The notes under the pieces: generated by a model | Seen by the model: the letters and a program-made list of their open reading frames with translations, nothing else | The model's database searches: none | What the model was told of the DNA's origin: nothing | DNA from: Candidatus Beckwithbacteria bacterium | GTDB taxonomy: Bacteria > Patescibacteriota > Microgenomatia > UBA1400 > CG1-02-47-37 | DNA: 64,000 nucleotides | Reading direction: 5' to 3' | NCBI GenBank assembly: GCA_043803225.1 | Contig: JAZDKF010000027.1 | Coordinates: forward strand, 22,406 to 86,405 | Shown: piece after piece, positions 17,244 to 26,087 of the stretch | Numbering within the stretch: the stretch's first letter is position 1 | How the letters are laid out: every line of letters starts with the position of its first letter | Program-made: the position numbers and the translations under genes

Positions 17244-17840
17244 ATGAATCTTCGAGAAGTATTTATTCCAGCAGAGGTTAAACCAGGGGAAGAAATAAAA
17301 GCTTTCCAACTAGAATTAAACAAGTGGTCATTTGGGGGAACTAATTTTAGTGAATATTCGATTGGAAAGATACGCTGGCTGGATTATTTTAGATTTTTAT
17401 CAGAAAAGGGATTATTAACCGATCAAGACGGGCAAGGTTTTCAGGAATACAAACCGATTACCGGGATTAATTTTGTTTATTCAGGTGGACCATTGAAGTT
17501 GGCGGTGGGTATGGGTGATGGTTCTGTGACAATATTCAATGAAAGAACTTCGGAAAATTCACCATCTTTTTGCGCCTGGCCGGCGGCTTATTTACTGGAA
17601 AGACACTTAAGAGATAAAAAGACAAGTTTGACTGAATTGACTAAATTAGGCAAATGGTTTGTGGAAATCAGCAAGATAAACTATCAAGGTAAAGAATTTA
17701 GAGCCGGAGCCTATCTGTGGCAGGGAGAAAAAGGAGAGTTAAGAATAATGGCAACCGGAGCTAGGCTGGAAGAACTGGCATTTATTGGAGATTGGAAAAG
17801 ACCTGATTTTAAACTTGATTTTGGGATTAGAATGGATTAA
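17244..17840 (+). CDS. Hypothetical protein.
   Basis: 198 aa ORF. No known motif recognised. Confidence 0.3.
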   Translation: MNLREVFIPAEVKPGEEIKAFQLELNKWSFGGTNFSEYSIGKIRWLDYFRFLSEKGLLTDQDGQGFQEYKPITGINFVYSGGPLKLAVGMGDGSVTIFNERTSENSPSFCAWPAAYLLERHLRDKKTSLTELTKLGKWFVEISKINYQGKEFRAGAYLWQGEKGELRIMATGARLEELAFIGDWKRPDFKLDFGIRMD

Positions 17841-17863
17841 ACTCCTACCAGAAAGGTGGGAGT

Positions 17864-18244
17864 ATGTTAAAGATTTCCAGAGAGTTAGATTTGGGGCTGC
17901 TGTTAATGAGCGAGCTTTATGGAAAAAAAAGCTTAAGTTTGTCAGGGTGGGCAAAAGAAAAAAAACTGCCTTATAGATTTTTATGCAAGATTGCCGGGAA
18001 GTTGAAGCGAGCTGGACTAATTAAGAGTCGGGAAGGAAGAAGCGGCGGCTATTATTTAACCCGGAAGATAGGAGTGGGGGAGATTTTTAAGGCGATTGAA
18101 GGAGAGATAGCACCAGTGGCTTGTTTACAGGGAAAACAGTGTGCGGCGGCGAAGTTTTGCAAGCAGAAGAAGCTGCTAGAGTTTTTAAGCCGGGGAATAG
18201 AGAAGGAGTTAAATAACTTAAGCTTGGAGCAACTATGCTGTTAG
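17864..18244 (+). CDS. Rrf2-family (IscR/SufR-like) transcriptional regulator.
   Basis: 'MLKISRELDLGLLLM' plus 'LCKIAGKLKRAGLIKSREGRSGGYYLTR' winged-HTH typical of Rrf2. Cys residues lie downstream ('VACLQGKQCAAAKFC'). Confidence 0.65.
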   Translation: MLKISRELDLGLLLMSELYGKKSLSLSGWAKEKKLPYRFLCKIAGKLKRAGLIKSREGRSGGYYLTRKIGVGEIFKAIEGEIAPVACLQGKQCAAAKFCKQKKLLEFLSRGIEKELNNLSLEQLCC

Positions 18245-18999
18245 AGGTTGTCAACTTAAAAGTTAAGGCAGAAGGGAAAGAAGTATTAAAAGGGGTAAAT
18301 TTACAGGTGGGGGTTGGGGAGACGGTGGCTTTAATGGGGCCAAACGGCAGCGGGAAAAGCAGTTTAGCTTACAGTTTGTTGGGACTGCCTAATTATCAAG
18401 TGAGTGAGGGAAGGGTGAGTTTGGAGGGAAAGGATTTGTTTAAAATGTCAGTAACCGAACGAGCCAAAATAGGTTTGTTTTTGGGCTGGCAGCAGCCAAT
18501 CGGAGTCAAGGGTGTCAGTTTGGAGCAGTTGCTGAGAACAGCGGTAATGAGCTGCAAGAATGCGGCTTGTGAGCGGACGGGACAGGCGAAAAAATGTTTC
18601 CAACTGGATGAGTTTAGAAGAGAGTTGAACAGGAAAGTTAAGCTGTTAAAGATTGAACCAAATTGGTTAAACCGGTCGATAAATGTGAAGTTTTCCGGCG
18701 GGGAAAAGAAAAAACTGGAAGTACTGCAGCTGTTAATGTTAAAGCCAGCTTTGGCGATCTTAGATGAGCCGGATTCAGGCTTGGACATTGATAGTTTGCG
18801 GGTAGTCAGCCGGGGGATTGTTGAGGCAAAAAAAGAAAACCCAAAACTAGGATTATTACTGATTACTCATTATCAACGGCTGTTAAAGCAGGTAAAACCA
18901 GACCGGGTGGTGGTAATGAAGGCGGGGCAGATAGTTAAAGAGGGAGGGTTAGAATTGCTGGTGAGGTTGGAAAAGGAGGGGTATGCAGGGTTTGAATAG
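18235..18999 (+). CDS. sufC: SufC Fe-S cluster assembly ATPase.
   Basis: Walker A 'GPNGSGKSSL', signature 'FSGGEKKK' and Walker B 'ILDEPDSGLD'; ~250 aa. Confidence 0.8.
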   Translation: MLLEVVNLKVKAEGKEVLKGVNLQVGVGETVALMGPNGSGKSSLAYSLLGLPNYQVSEGRVSLEGKDLFKMSVTERAKIGLFLGWQQPIGVKGVSLEQLLRTAVMSCKNAACERTGQAKKCFQLDEFRRELNRKVKLLKIEPNWLNRSINVKFSGGEKKKLEVLQLLMLKPALAILDEPDSGLDIDSLRVVSRGIVEAKKENPKLGLLLITHYQRLLKQVKPDRVVVMKAGQIVKEGGLELLVRLEKEGYAGFE

Positions 19000-20308
19000 A
19001 GCAGTAGTTGAAGTGATTTCTAAACAAAAACAAGAGCCGGCGTGGATGAGGCAGAAGCGGTTTGAAGCCTTAGAGGTGTTTGAAAAAGCGGCTTGGCCGA
19101 GGTTTGGGATTGATCAAAAAGAGCTTGATTTGGAGAAAATAAATTATTTTAACAGTCCAAAAGATTTAAAAAAGAAAAACTGGAGTCAAGTCGATAAAAA
19201 GATAAAAAAAACTTTTGAGCGGCTGGGAATTCCCCAGGCAGAAAGACGGGTGTTGGCCGGAGTCGGAGCCCAATGGGACAGTACAATGGTTTATCAGAAT
19301 TTTAAGCAAAGACTAAAAAAGCAGGGAGTGGTTTTTGGCGATATGGATGAAGCAGTAAAAAAGTATCCGCGGCTGGTTAAAAAATATTTTATGACCCAAG
19401 CGGTAACCATCAATAACAACAAGTTCAGCGCGCTTCACGGAGCAGTGTGGAGCGGAGGCAGTTTTGTTTATGTGCCCAAAGGGGTAAAGGTTAAAGAGCC
19501 GGTGCAGGGATATTTTTGGCTGAATTTAGAGCGCGGCGGACAGTTTGAACATACTATAATAATTGCCGAAGCAGGGGCGCAAATTCATTATATTGAAGGC
19601 TGTAGCGCGCCGAAGTATTCGAGCCAGGCGTTACACAGCGGAGTGGTGGAGATTTTTGTGGGAAAAGGGGCGAAAGTCAGGTATTCAACCATACAGAACT
19701 GGACTAAAAATATTTACAATTTGGCAACCAAGCGGGCAATCGTGGAAACAGACGGAACAATGGAGTGGGTGTCGGCTAGTTTGGGAAGCAAGCTAACCAT
19801 GGTTTATCCCTGCAGTGTGTTAAAAGGCGACCGGGCGAAGAGCGACCATTTAAGTTTAAGTTTAGCGGGCAAGGGGCAGGTGTTGGATACAGGCGGCAAG
19901 GTAATTCATGCGGGTAAAGATACCGGTTCGAATATTGTATCTAAGTCGATCAGCCAGGCCGGTGGCAAAACTGTTTACCGAGGATCAGTGAAGATTTTAC
20001 CAGGGGCAAAAGGGGCTAAAAGTTCTGTTTCCTGCGAGTCATTGATTTTAGATAAACGAAGCCAGGCGGTGACAGTTCCTAAAATGGAGGTTTTAGAGAA
20101 CGAGGTGGTAGCCATGCACGAAGCGAAAACCGGAAAGATAGCTGAAGAGGAATTAAATTATTTAATGAGCCGGGGGTTAGCTGAAGCCGAGGCGATGGCA
20201 ATGATTGTGAACGGGTTTATGGAGCCGGTGGTGAAACAGCTGCCTTTAGAATATGCAGTGGAAATGAACCGGCTGATTGAGATGGAGATGGAAGGGAGCG
20301 TGGGATGA
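18983..20308 (+). CDS. sufB: SufB/SufD family Fe-S cluster assembly scaffold (single sufBD-type gene).
   Basis: Beta-helix-type repeat region with conserved 'GSF...VPKG' and a C-terminal helical domain. Lies immediately after sufC. Confidence 0.65.
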   Translation: MQGLNRAVVEVISKQKQEPAWMRQKRFEALEVFEKAAWPRFGIDQKELDLEKINYFNSPKDLKKKNWSQVDKKIKKTFERLGIPQAERRVLAGVGAQWDSTMVYQNFKQRLKKQGVVFGDMDEAVKKYPRLVKKYFMTQAVTINNNKFSALHGAVWSGGSFVYVPKGVKVKEPVQGYFWLNLERGGQFEHTIIIAEAGAQIHYIEGCSAPKYSSQALHSGVVEIFVGKGAKVRYSTIQNWTKNIYNLATKRAIVETDGTMEWVSASLGSKLTMVYPCSVLKGDRAKSDHLSLSLAGKGQVLDTGGKVIHAGKDTGSNIVSKSISQAGGKTVYRGSVKILPGAKGAKSSVSCESLILDKRSQAVTVPKMEVLENEVVAMHEAKTGKIAEEELNYLMSRGLAEAEAMAMIVNGFMEPVVKQLPLEYAVEMNRLIEMEMEGSVG

Positions 20309-20334
20309 TAGAATATAACTTGTTTATTACTCGA

Positions 20335-20404
20335 CAAACAAAATTTTCTGCGTGCTCACAGCTATCTGACTGAATCAGATGAGACGCTGCGCGCGCAAAA
20401 ATTT
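20335..20404. repeat. Copy 2 of the conserved hairpin element, in the sufBD-sufS intergenic spacer.
   Basis: 'caaacaaaattttctgcgtgctcacagctatctgactgaatcagatgagacgctgcgcgcgcaaaaattt'. Nearly identical to copy 1. Confidence 0.7.
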
Positions 20405-20426
20405 ATTTGTCTCGTTAAACCTACCT

Positions 20427-21638
20427 ATGCTAAACATTAAACAAATTAAAAAAGATTTCCCGATTCTTTCCAGAAAAATTAACGGGAAGCGGTTGGTGTA
20501 TCTGGACAATGCGGCGACGAGCCAGCGGCCGATTCAAGTAATTAAAGCAGTGCAAGATTTCCAAAAAAAACATAATGCCAATGTCCATCGGGGATTACAC
20601 AGTTTATCAGAAGAGGCCAGCGAGCGATATGAAAAGGCCAGAGAGATAGTGGCAGAGTTTATTGGCGCCAGGGCAGACGAGCTGATTTTTGTTAAAAATA
20701 CGACTGAAGCGATTAACTTGGTTGCTTGGGCTTGGGCAAGAAAGCAGGTGAGAGAAAAAGGAGAAATTTTAACTACCATAATGGAGCATCACAGCAACCA
20801 ACTGCCGTGGCAGCAGCTGGGCAGGGAAGTGAAATTTGTCAATGTAACTGAAGAAGGAATTTTAGATATGAAAGACCTGGAAAGAAAGTTAAGTAAAAAA
20901 ACTAAGCTGATAGCCGTAGGGCAGATGTCCAATATGACCGGAACGATTAATCCTCTGGAAAGAATAATTAAATTGGCTAAAAAAGCCGGGGCGAAAGTTT
21001 TGATTGATGGAGCTCAAGGCGTTCAACATGTGGGAATAGATGTTAAAAAAATCAACGGTGATTTTTTGGCTTTTTCCGGACATAAGATGCTGGGGCCGAT
21101 GGGAATCGGGGCTTTGTATATTAAGAAAGAGCGGCAGGAGGAAATGGAGGTATTTTTAACCGGTGGGGGAATGATTTCAGAAGTTTATATTGACAAGCCG
21201 GCAGTTTGGGCCAAGGGGGTGGAAAAATGGGAAGCGGGAACGCCGAACGTGGAGGGGGCAGTGGGGCTGGCGGCGGCCTGCGAGTACCATCAACGCCTGG
21301 GTATGAAATATATCCGGCAGCATGAAAAAGAATTAACGGCTTATGCTTTAAAAGAATTGTCAAGATTTAAAGAAATTAAAATTTACGGACCGAAAAACGT
21401 GGAGATAAGAGGCGGAGTAATCAGCTTTACTTTTAAGGGTATTCATGCCCATGATGTGGCTCAAATTTTGGACAGCGAAGGGGTGGCGGTCAGATCCGGA
21501 CATCACTGCACTCAGCCATTGCACCGGAGGTTTGGATTGGCGGCGACAACCAGAGCCAGTTTTTATATTTATAATGATAAAAAAGACGTGGATAAATTAA
21601 TCGAAGGATTATTAAAAGTTAAACAGGTATTTAAATAA
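20427..21638 (+). CDS. sufS: Cysteine desulfurase (SufS-type, class V aminotransferase).
   Basis: 'SGHKMLGPMG' (PLP-Lys) and 'RSGHHCTQPL' (SufS active-site Cys loop). Start set at 'MLNIKQIKKDF'; the ORF-track start at 20379 lies inside the repeat element. Confidence 0.8.
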   Translation: MLNIKQIKKDFPILSRKINGKRLVYLDNAATSQRPIQVIKAVQDFQKKHNANVHRGLHSLSEEASERYEKAREIVAEFIGARADELIFVKNTTEAINLVAWAWARKQVREKGEILTTIMEHHSNQLPWQQLGREVKFVNVTEEGILDMKDLERKLSKKTKLIAVGQMSNMTGTINPLERIIKLAKKAGAKVLIDGAQGVQHVGIDVKKINGDFLAFSGHKMLGPMGIGALYIKKERQEEMEVFLTGGGMISEVYIDKPAVWAKGVEKWEAGTPNVEGAVGLAAACEYHQRLGMKYIRQHEKELTAYALKELSRFKEIKIYGPKNVEIRGGVISFTFKGIHAHDVAQILDSEGVAVRSGHHCTQPLHRRFGLAATTRASFYIYNDKKDVDKLIEGLLKVKQVFK

Positions 21639-21664
21639 ACAAGGTTCGTAACCTTGTTTAATAT

Positions 21665-22030
21665 ATGGATATATATAGGCAAGAAATACTGGATCATTTT
21701 AAACATCCGCGGAACTTTGGAGAATTAACCAAAGCGACGCATAAAGCAATGGATCGAAATGCCAGTTGCGGGGATGTTTTGGAGATGAGTTTGAGGGTAG
21801 AAAAAGGCAAGGTGGTAGAAGTTAAGTTTAAAGGCGAGGGTTGCGCAGTGTCGATGGCCGGGGCAAGCATGCTGACAGAAATGATTAAAGGTAAAAAAGC
21901 AGTAGAGATAATGAAGCTGGGGGATAAAGATATCGAAAGAATGTTGAAGATAAAAATTAGTCCGGCGAGAAAAAAGTGCGCCGGGTTAGGATTAGTGGTA
22001 TGTCAAAAATCACTCTTAACAGCAATTTAG
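21665..22030 (+). CDS. sufU: SufU/IscU-like Fe-S scaffold or sulfur acceptor.
   Basis: 'HFKHPRNFG', 'ASCGDVLEMSLRV' and 'KGEGCAVSMAGASM' match the NifU/IscU/SufU signature with three Cys. Confidence 0.7.
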   Translation: MDIYRQEILDHFKHPRNFGELTKATHKAMDRNASCGDVLEMSLRVEKGKVVEVKFKGEGCAVSMAGASMLTEMIKGKKAVEIMKLGDKDIERMLKIKISPARKKCAGLGLVVCQKSLLTAI

Positions 22031-22227
22031 GCGAGATAGTAGAGAAGTATCCAGAGTTGGGAGAGATTTTGCGGGAGGAGTATGGGTTGCACTGCGTCGG
22101 CTGTATGGCGGCCAGTTTTGACAGTTTGGAACAGGGGGCAAAAGCCCATGGTTTTGACGACGGGGAGATTAAAAAGATGGTGGAAAGATTAAATCAGGTT
22201 TTCAAGAAGAAGCGCCGAAAGAAGTAA
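22000..22227 (+). CDS. DUF1858-like small redox disulfide protein (CxxC).
   Basis: 'LGEIVEKYPELGEILREEYGLHCVGCMAA' resembles the DUF1858/hybrid-cluster-associated disulfide domain. Start set at 'MSKITL'. Confidence 0.45.
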   Translation: MSKITLNSNLGEIVEKYPELGEILREEYGLHCVGCMAASFDSLEQGAKAHGFDDGEIKKMVERLNQVFKKKRRKK

Positions 22228-23011
22228 TTTTTTTAGCCGCGGCTTGAGTGGCGATTTTCATTGATGCAAGAATGTTATTGGTTTTATAGTAGCTGATTAG
22301 AAAGTTGGCAAGATAAGTGTCGCCGGCGCCGGTAGTGTCAACGGATTTAATCTTTTGAGCCGGGCAGAAGTAGTTGTTTTTATCAGTAAAAACTTGGCTG
22401 CCTTGATGTCCATGAGTAACCAGGCAAAGTTTATGATGTTTAACAGCTAATTGTTTTAATAGAGCAAGGGCAGTGGAGTCAGTAAGTTCTTGGCTAGTGA
22501 TAATAAAGTCAACAAAGGGGAAGTAAGTTTTAATAGTAGATAAGGAAGGGCTGTAAATTGAACCGCCGGCAAAGTCAGCGACTTTAATGGCTTTGGTTTT
22601 CAGCTGGCAAAATTGTTTAAAGATTGGCAGAAGAGGTTTAAGGCAGATAGCCCGGATGACAGATTGAGTAGTAAGGAACTTGAGCTGGGATTGATTGAGA
22701 CGGAAAGATTTAAGGACGCCCAGCTGCCAGCCATGGAAGATCGGCCGATGCCGGGAATCAAGATCAATCTCAACCTGGCTGGTTTTTCCGGGGAGGACGG
22801 ATAAGTAGTCAGTATTAATATGTTGCTTTTTGCAGGCGAGCAGATATTTTTTACCCCAGTCATCCTGGCCGACAGCAGAAACAAGGCTGGTTTTCGTACC
22901 CAGACGGGAGGCGGTTAAGCAAAAATTGTAGCTGGTGCCGCCAAGAAAGTATTGATCTAAGCTTGGATAAATATCAACGCAAATATCGCCAAGAGCCGTT
23001 AATTTAAGCAT
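22202..23011 (-). CDS. PfkB-family carbohydrate/nucleoside kinase (ribokinase-like).
   Basis: C-terminal 'DTTGAGDTYLANFL' is the PfkB signature. The N-terminal GG dinucleotide region is present. Confidence 0.65.
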   Translation of the reverse strand: MLKLTALGDICVDIYPSLDQYFLGGTSYNFCLTASRLGTKTSLVSAVGQDDWGKKYLLACKKQHINTDYLSVLPGKTSQVEIDLDSRHRPIFHGWQLGVLKSFRLNQSQLKFLTTQSVIRAICLKPLLPIFKQFCQLKTKAIKVADFAGGSIYSPSLSTIKTYFPFVDFIITSQELTDSTALALLKQLAVKHHKLCLVTHGHQGSQVFTDKNNYFCPAQKIKSVDTTGAGDTYLANFLISYYKTNNILASMKIATQAAAKKITSFGASS

Positions 23012-23036
23012 AGCTTTGCTATAATATCACACGTTT

Positions 23037-23606
23037 ATGATAAGTAATGAAATAATTAGGGCTGCAGAAGGTCAATGTGATTGGCACCGCGCTGATCATG
23101 GTTTTCGAACAATGTTTTTAGGAGGGGAAATATTTGAATTAGAGCTGGTTACAGCTCCGGAAGAAGTGAAACAAAATCCGAATTATTTTAGAGAAGTATT
23201 AAATTGGACGGCGGTATTACATGATCGGGAGATGCCAATGACAGATAAATATGATTTTACTCATGGGAAAAAAGCTGCCGACCGGGTGGATGAGATTATT
23301 GGGGAAGCGGTTAGCCCAGAGGGGAGAGAGTTAATAAAGTTTTTGTGTGAATTTCATGTTCCGGATGATAGCGAGATTACGGGGTTAACTGACACACAAA
23401 GGTGGTTGCTAAGCGTGTTTAAAGATGCAGATGCTTTAGATCGGGTGAGATTTGATAATGGCGACACTTTGGATAAAAGTCATCTTAGGTTTGGCAGTAG
23501 TAGAGAATTGATTCCACAAGCCCAGGAGTTATGGGAAAGAACTAAACAAGGGCTTGATTCACCTCAAGCAGCTTTTGACGCTGTGTTTGGAAATAGGGTA
23601 GAATGA
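23037..23606 (+). CDS. Hypothetical protein (possible HD-like hydrolase).
   Basis: 189 aa with scattered H/D residues ('VLHDRE', 'FHVPDD') but no clear motif. Confidence 0.3.
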   Translation: MISNEIIRAAEGQCDWHRADHGFRTMFLGGEIFELELVTAPEEVKQNPNYFREVLNWTAVLHDREMPMTDKYDFTHGKKAADRVDEIIGEAVSPEGRELIKFLCEFHVPDDSEITGLTDTQRWLLSVFKDADALDRVRFDNGDTLDKSHLRFGSSRELIPQAQELWERTKQGLDSPQAAFDAVFGNRVE

Positions 23607-24310
23607 TTTTTATGGCAGCAGTGCAACAATACTTAGCCAAAGTAAATGAACACTTTGCTTATAATGAGAAGTACCATTGTTTTAAGTTTGAATTAGTGAA
23701 ACCAGCTTTACTGGAGTTCTTGGCCGGACAATATATTTCCATTGAAGTCGGGGAGGGATTGAGGCGGTCATATTCAATAGTGAATCAGCCGAGCGTGAAT
23801 CACATGGTGGAGCTGTGTGTGGATGTTTTGCCAGATGGGAAAGGAACTGGCTACTTAAAGAATTTAAAACCAGGCGATGAGGTTAAGTTTTTAGCACCTT
23901 TGGGTATTTTCAAGGCAGAGCAGGAAAGCAAGCTGTTGTTTATGGCAACCGGCTGCGGAATTGCACCGATTAAAAGCATGCTGTTTGATTTGTTGGAAGA
24001 TAAAAAAGATACAAGACAGATGGTTTTGGTTTGGGGATTAAGACACGCAGAGGAGATGTTTTGGGAAGAAGAGCTGAGGCGGCTGGAAGAGTATTATAAA
24101 AATTTTAAATTACAGATAATTTTAAGCCAACCGCCGGAGAAGTGGCCGCTTCCAGCCGGGCATATAACCGATTATATTAAAACTGAAATGAGTTTGGATA
24201 AAGGTTGGGGAATATATCTTTGTGGCAGCAGGGAGATGGTGGAGGAAGGGAAGGTGTTGGTTGAGAGTTTGGGCGTACCTAAAGAACAAATTCATTTTGA
24301 AAAATTTTAA
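23603..24310 (+). CDS. Ferredoxin-NADP reductase (FNR)-like FAD/NAD(P)-binding oxidoreductase.
   Basis: 'RRSYSIVN' (RxYS FAD motif) and 'MATGCGIAPIKSM' (NAD(P)-binding GxGxxP). No C-terminal 2Fe-2S Cys cluster. Confidence 0.6.
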   Translation: MIFMAAVQQYLAKVNEHFAYNEKYHCFKFELVKPALLEFLAGQYISIEVGEGLRRSYSIVNQPSVNHMVELCVDVLPDGKGTGYLKNLKPGDEVKFLAPLGIFKAEQESKLLFMATGCGIAPIKSMLFDLLEDKKDTRQMVLVWGLRHAEEMFWEEELRRLEEYYKNFKLQIILSQPPEKWPLPAGHITDYIKTEMSLDKGWGIYLCGSREMVEEGKVLVESLGVPKEQIHFEKF

Positions 24311-24324
24311 GGAGGTGTATTTTT

Positions 24325-24552
24325 ATGGCAAAGTATAAGATTAAAATCATCAAGGATAAGTGCATTGGTGCGGCCGCCTGCGCGGGAATTGCGCCGAATA
24401 CTTATAAGCTGGATGAGAATAACATTGCTTATGTCTTGAGCGAAGACGGGGACTCGGCAGAGAATGTTTTACTGGGGGCGCAGAGCTGTCCGACGAATGC
24501 AATTGAGATCTATGACGTTCAAACCAATGAGAAAGTTTGGCCGAAAGAGTAA
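24325..24552 (+). CDS. Small single-cluster ferredoxin.
   Basis: 'DKCIGAAACAGIAP...SCPTNAI' resembles Pyrococcus-type 3Fe/4Fe-4S ferredoxins (CxxxxxC...CP). Confidence 0.65.
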   Translation: MAKYKIKIIKDKCIGAAACAGIAPNTYKLDENNIAYVLSEDGDSAENVLLGAQSCPTNAIEIYDVQTNEKVWPKE

Positions 24553-24612
24553 TTATCCTATAATCTTCTTGAGGTGTTCCTCTTGACAATCGGGTAAGGA
24601 TTAGTCTAGGCT

Positions 24613-24861
24613 ATGCTTAAGATAACAAATATCTGTATAGCAAATCAAAAGGGGGTGAGCAGCATGGCTTATTCATTCAAAAACTCTAAAGGGGTAACTT
24701 ATTACCTTCACTTCAAAGATGTTAATCTTCGCGGCGGCAAAAAACAAAGAATTTATTTCTTTGCCCGCGACGTTAGAAGTGGATCTTTAGATTCAGTTCC
24801 TGCTGGTTATAAAGTGATGGAAACATCAAGAACCGGCATGCCAGTTTTAAAGAAAGCTTAA
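24613..24861 (+). CDS. Small hypothetical protein.
   Basis: 82 aa ORF with a terminator downstream. Confidence 0.3.
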   Translation: MLKITNICIANQKGVSSMAYSFKNSKGVTYYLHFKDVNLRGGKKQRIYFFARDVRSGSLDSVPAGYKVMETSRTGMPVLKKA

Positions 24862-24881
24862 AGATAAGTAAACTTTAAACT

Positions 24882-24912
24882 AACCCGCCTCTTTTTAGGG
24901 GCGGGTTTTTAG
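24882..24912. terminator. Bidirectional intrinsic terminator between convergent genes.
   Basis: 'acccgcc' ... 'ggcgggt' stem followed by 'ttttt'. Sits between a + gene ending at 24861 and a - gene ending at 24909. Confidence 0.55.
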
Positions 24913-26039
24913 GAGAGAAAAGAGTGGATTAACTTAAGGGTTTTTTGAGGGGTGTTAAGGTACTTCCGGCGGTGGCGGCTAATCCCTGGTTGAAAGGATT
25001 TAAGCATGGCGGGGTTTTTAATGATTTGTTTTAAGACAGATAAGGTCCGGAGGGGTCGATGGGTAACAATGCCTAAGTGGCGGCGGGTAATGTAGCGGTA
25101 GTTGCCGAGTTCCTGGCACAGCGGTTCGCTAGTGGCAATAAACGGTTTATTAAGCATTAGGCTTTCGAAGAGAATGTTGGGGCCAGGTTTGCCAACCACG
25201 AAATCACTGGCAGCAATTAATTGGGGGATTTGGTCGGTGTAACCAAAAGCGTTTAGAGGTAGTCGTTTAAGACGGGTTAAAAGAGAGCGGTTTTTGCCGG
25301 CAACGACTATCAGTTGGTTGTGAGTGGAGAAGTTTGACAGCTTAAGAAGGCTGGTAATTAGTGGGTAGATTTGGCCATGGCCTTCACCGCTGCCGCCGAT
25401 AAACAGGGTAAGTTTATTAGGATTAAGGCCGAGTTTTTTACGGACAAGGCTGACCTGAGAAAGCGGTTGATAGAAAGCCAGCCTTAAGGGAAGGCCGGTT
25501 AAGCTGATCCGATTGGCTGGGATATGGCGGTAAATTAATGTTTGTTTGGCTTCAGGGGTCGGAACCAAGTAGTGGTTGGCTTGTTTGTAGGTGGTCCAGC
25601 CATGATGAATAGTAAAAGGGTCAGCTAAAACAACCAAGTGGGGCAGTTTAAGATTAAGATAATCCAGGGCAGATCGAAGTTCAAAGGTAGCAAAACCGGA
25701 AGTAGAAATAATTAGATCTGGCCGGGTAAGTCTAATTTCCCGAACGATTTTTGACAGAGTAAGTTGAGTGTTAAATAAATGAGCAAGATAGGCAGATTTG
25801 GGATTGTTGCTTTTCTGCCATTGCTGGTGATGAAGCTTAATAAAGTGTTCACCAATTAAGCGGTAAGCGGGAGAGACGATTTTAGGAGTGGTAATAAAGG
25901 TGACTGGTTTAATTGGCAGGGAAGAGGTTCTTAAGTATTGTTCCAGAGCTGAAGCAATAGCTAGGTGGCCGCCGCCGGCGGCTGAGGCAAGGATTAAGAC
26001 TTTTTTTTGGGTTGATTTCACGGTTTGCGTATAATACAT
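24909..26039 (-). CDS. GT28-like glycosyltransferase (MurG/MGDG-synthase/UgtP family).
   Basis: N-terminal 'KVLILASAAGGGHLAIASAL' (GGH motif of the MurG/MGDG-synthase N-domain). C-terminal GT-B half is present. Confidence 0.5.
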   Translation of the reverse strand: MYYTQTVKSTQKKVLILASAAGGGHLAIASALEQYLRTSSLPIKPVTFITTPKIVSPAYRLIGEHFIKLHHQQWQKSNNPKSAYLAHLFNTQLTLSKIVREIRLTRPDLIISTSGFATFELRSALDYLNLKLPHLVVLADPFTIHHGWTTYKQANHYLVPTPEAKQTLIYRHIPANRISLTGLPLRLAFYQPLSQVSLVRKKLGLNPNKLTLFIGGSGEGHGQIYPLITSLLKLSNFSTHNQLIVVAGKNRSLLTRLKRLPLNAFGYTDQIPQLIAASDFVVGKPGPNILFESLMLNKPFIATSEPLCQELGNYRYITRRHLGIVTHRPLRTLSVLKQIIKNPAMLKSFQPGISRHRRKYLNTPQKTLKLIHSFLS

Positions 26040-26087
26040 TATAACTGAAGGTTTAATTAATTAAATTTAATAATAAAAGGGGGAGGT

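Noticed and set aside
20379-20426. ORF-track start of sufS at 20379 ('MRRCARKNLFVSLNL')
   Set aside because: These codons lie inside the intergenic hairpin element. The conserved SufS N-terminus begins at the ATG at 20427.
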